DNA of 63,678 nucleotides, filler included, from Neoconidiobolus thromboides FSU 785 (taxonomy: Eukaryota; Fungi; Entomophthoromycota), in NCBI GenBank assembly GCA_025603075.1. It is 4 parts of 4 records of this genome, joined end to end, with 100 filler letters (N's around TTAATTAATTAA, not from the genome) between each part and the next. Parts side by side here need not be neighbours in the genome. Positions count along the whole stretch, not along the records: positions 62,176 to 63,678 come from MU626955.1; 3 more parts are not named here. One strand, given 5' to 3'. The translations under genes were made by a program, and so were the position numbers. The notes beneath the pieces are model-generated. The model was not told the DNA's origin and made no database searches. It saw only the letters and a list, made by a program, of their open reading frames with translations. Position 1 is the first letter of the stretch, and each line of letters starts with the position of its first letter. Positions 63,588 to 63,678 of this stretch are shown here, piece after piece.

Positions 63588-63678
63588 ATATGTGGATGTA
63601 TTTTTTTGTTTAATTTTATTACAATCTTTCCACTCAAATAGGGCTTAAAAAAGGAAAAATAATGAACCAAAAAAAAAA
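63588..63678 (+). mobile_element. MITE-like family copy, truncated by the window end
   Basis: ATATGTGGATGTATTTTT..TTTCCACTCAAATAGGGCTTAAAAAAGG. Confidence 0.75.

Noticed and set aside
5015-63678. The ~105-bp repeats as a CRISPR array, REP or SINE family
   Set aside because: Eukaryotic context, irregular spacing, mixed orientation, no cas genes, and no Pol III A/B boxes or oriented poly-A tail; terminal inverted repeats fit a MITE better.

Overview
AT-rich eukaryotic DNA with many short (about 40-90 nt) GT-AG introns. It is fungal, and most consistent with an early-diverging lineage such as Entomophthorales/Conidiobolus-like fungi (inference from gene style, not confirmed). Three identical 100-nt spacers (44 N + TTAATTAATTAA + 44 N) at 31814-31913, 49154-49253 and 62076-62175 look like artificial contig joins, so the four segments may not be physically adjacent. 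A separate 360-N gap lies at 35397-35756. Recognisable conserved genes: TSPO, CTK3, citrate lyase beta-like, a cytochrome P450, cactin, FYV10/MAEA, an HSL-type alpha/beta hydrolase (truncated), a Chs4/Skt5-like SEL1 protein, HCS1/IGHMBP2 helicase, an SLC35F transporter, a kelch/coiled-coil protein, IPI3/WDR18, pyruvate kinase and a REX4-like exonuclease. RNA genes: tRNA-Glu(CTC), tRNA-His(GTG) and two U2 snRNA copies. The accessory content is the most interesting part: (1) three secreted proteins with signal peptide, cationic amphipathic pro-peptide and an unrecognised Cys/Trp module; (2) two 46/49-aa secreted peptides duplicated with U2 as an inverted block around the P450; (3) a Gln-rich protein with an 11-aa tandem repeat, plus an inverted paralog; (4) about 31 copies of a ~105-bp MITE-like element; (5) a TGTG...CACA element family with a 461-bp copy carrying a 4-bp TSD and an 81-bp hairpin copy inserted in a MITE end; (6) a pogo/CENP-B-type transposase remnant. 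All identifications were made by eye from motif recall; no searches were run.
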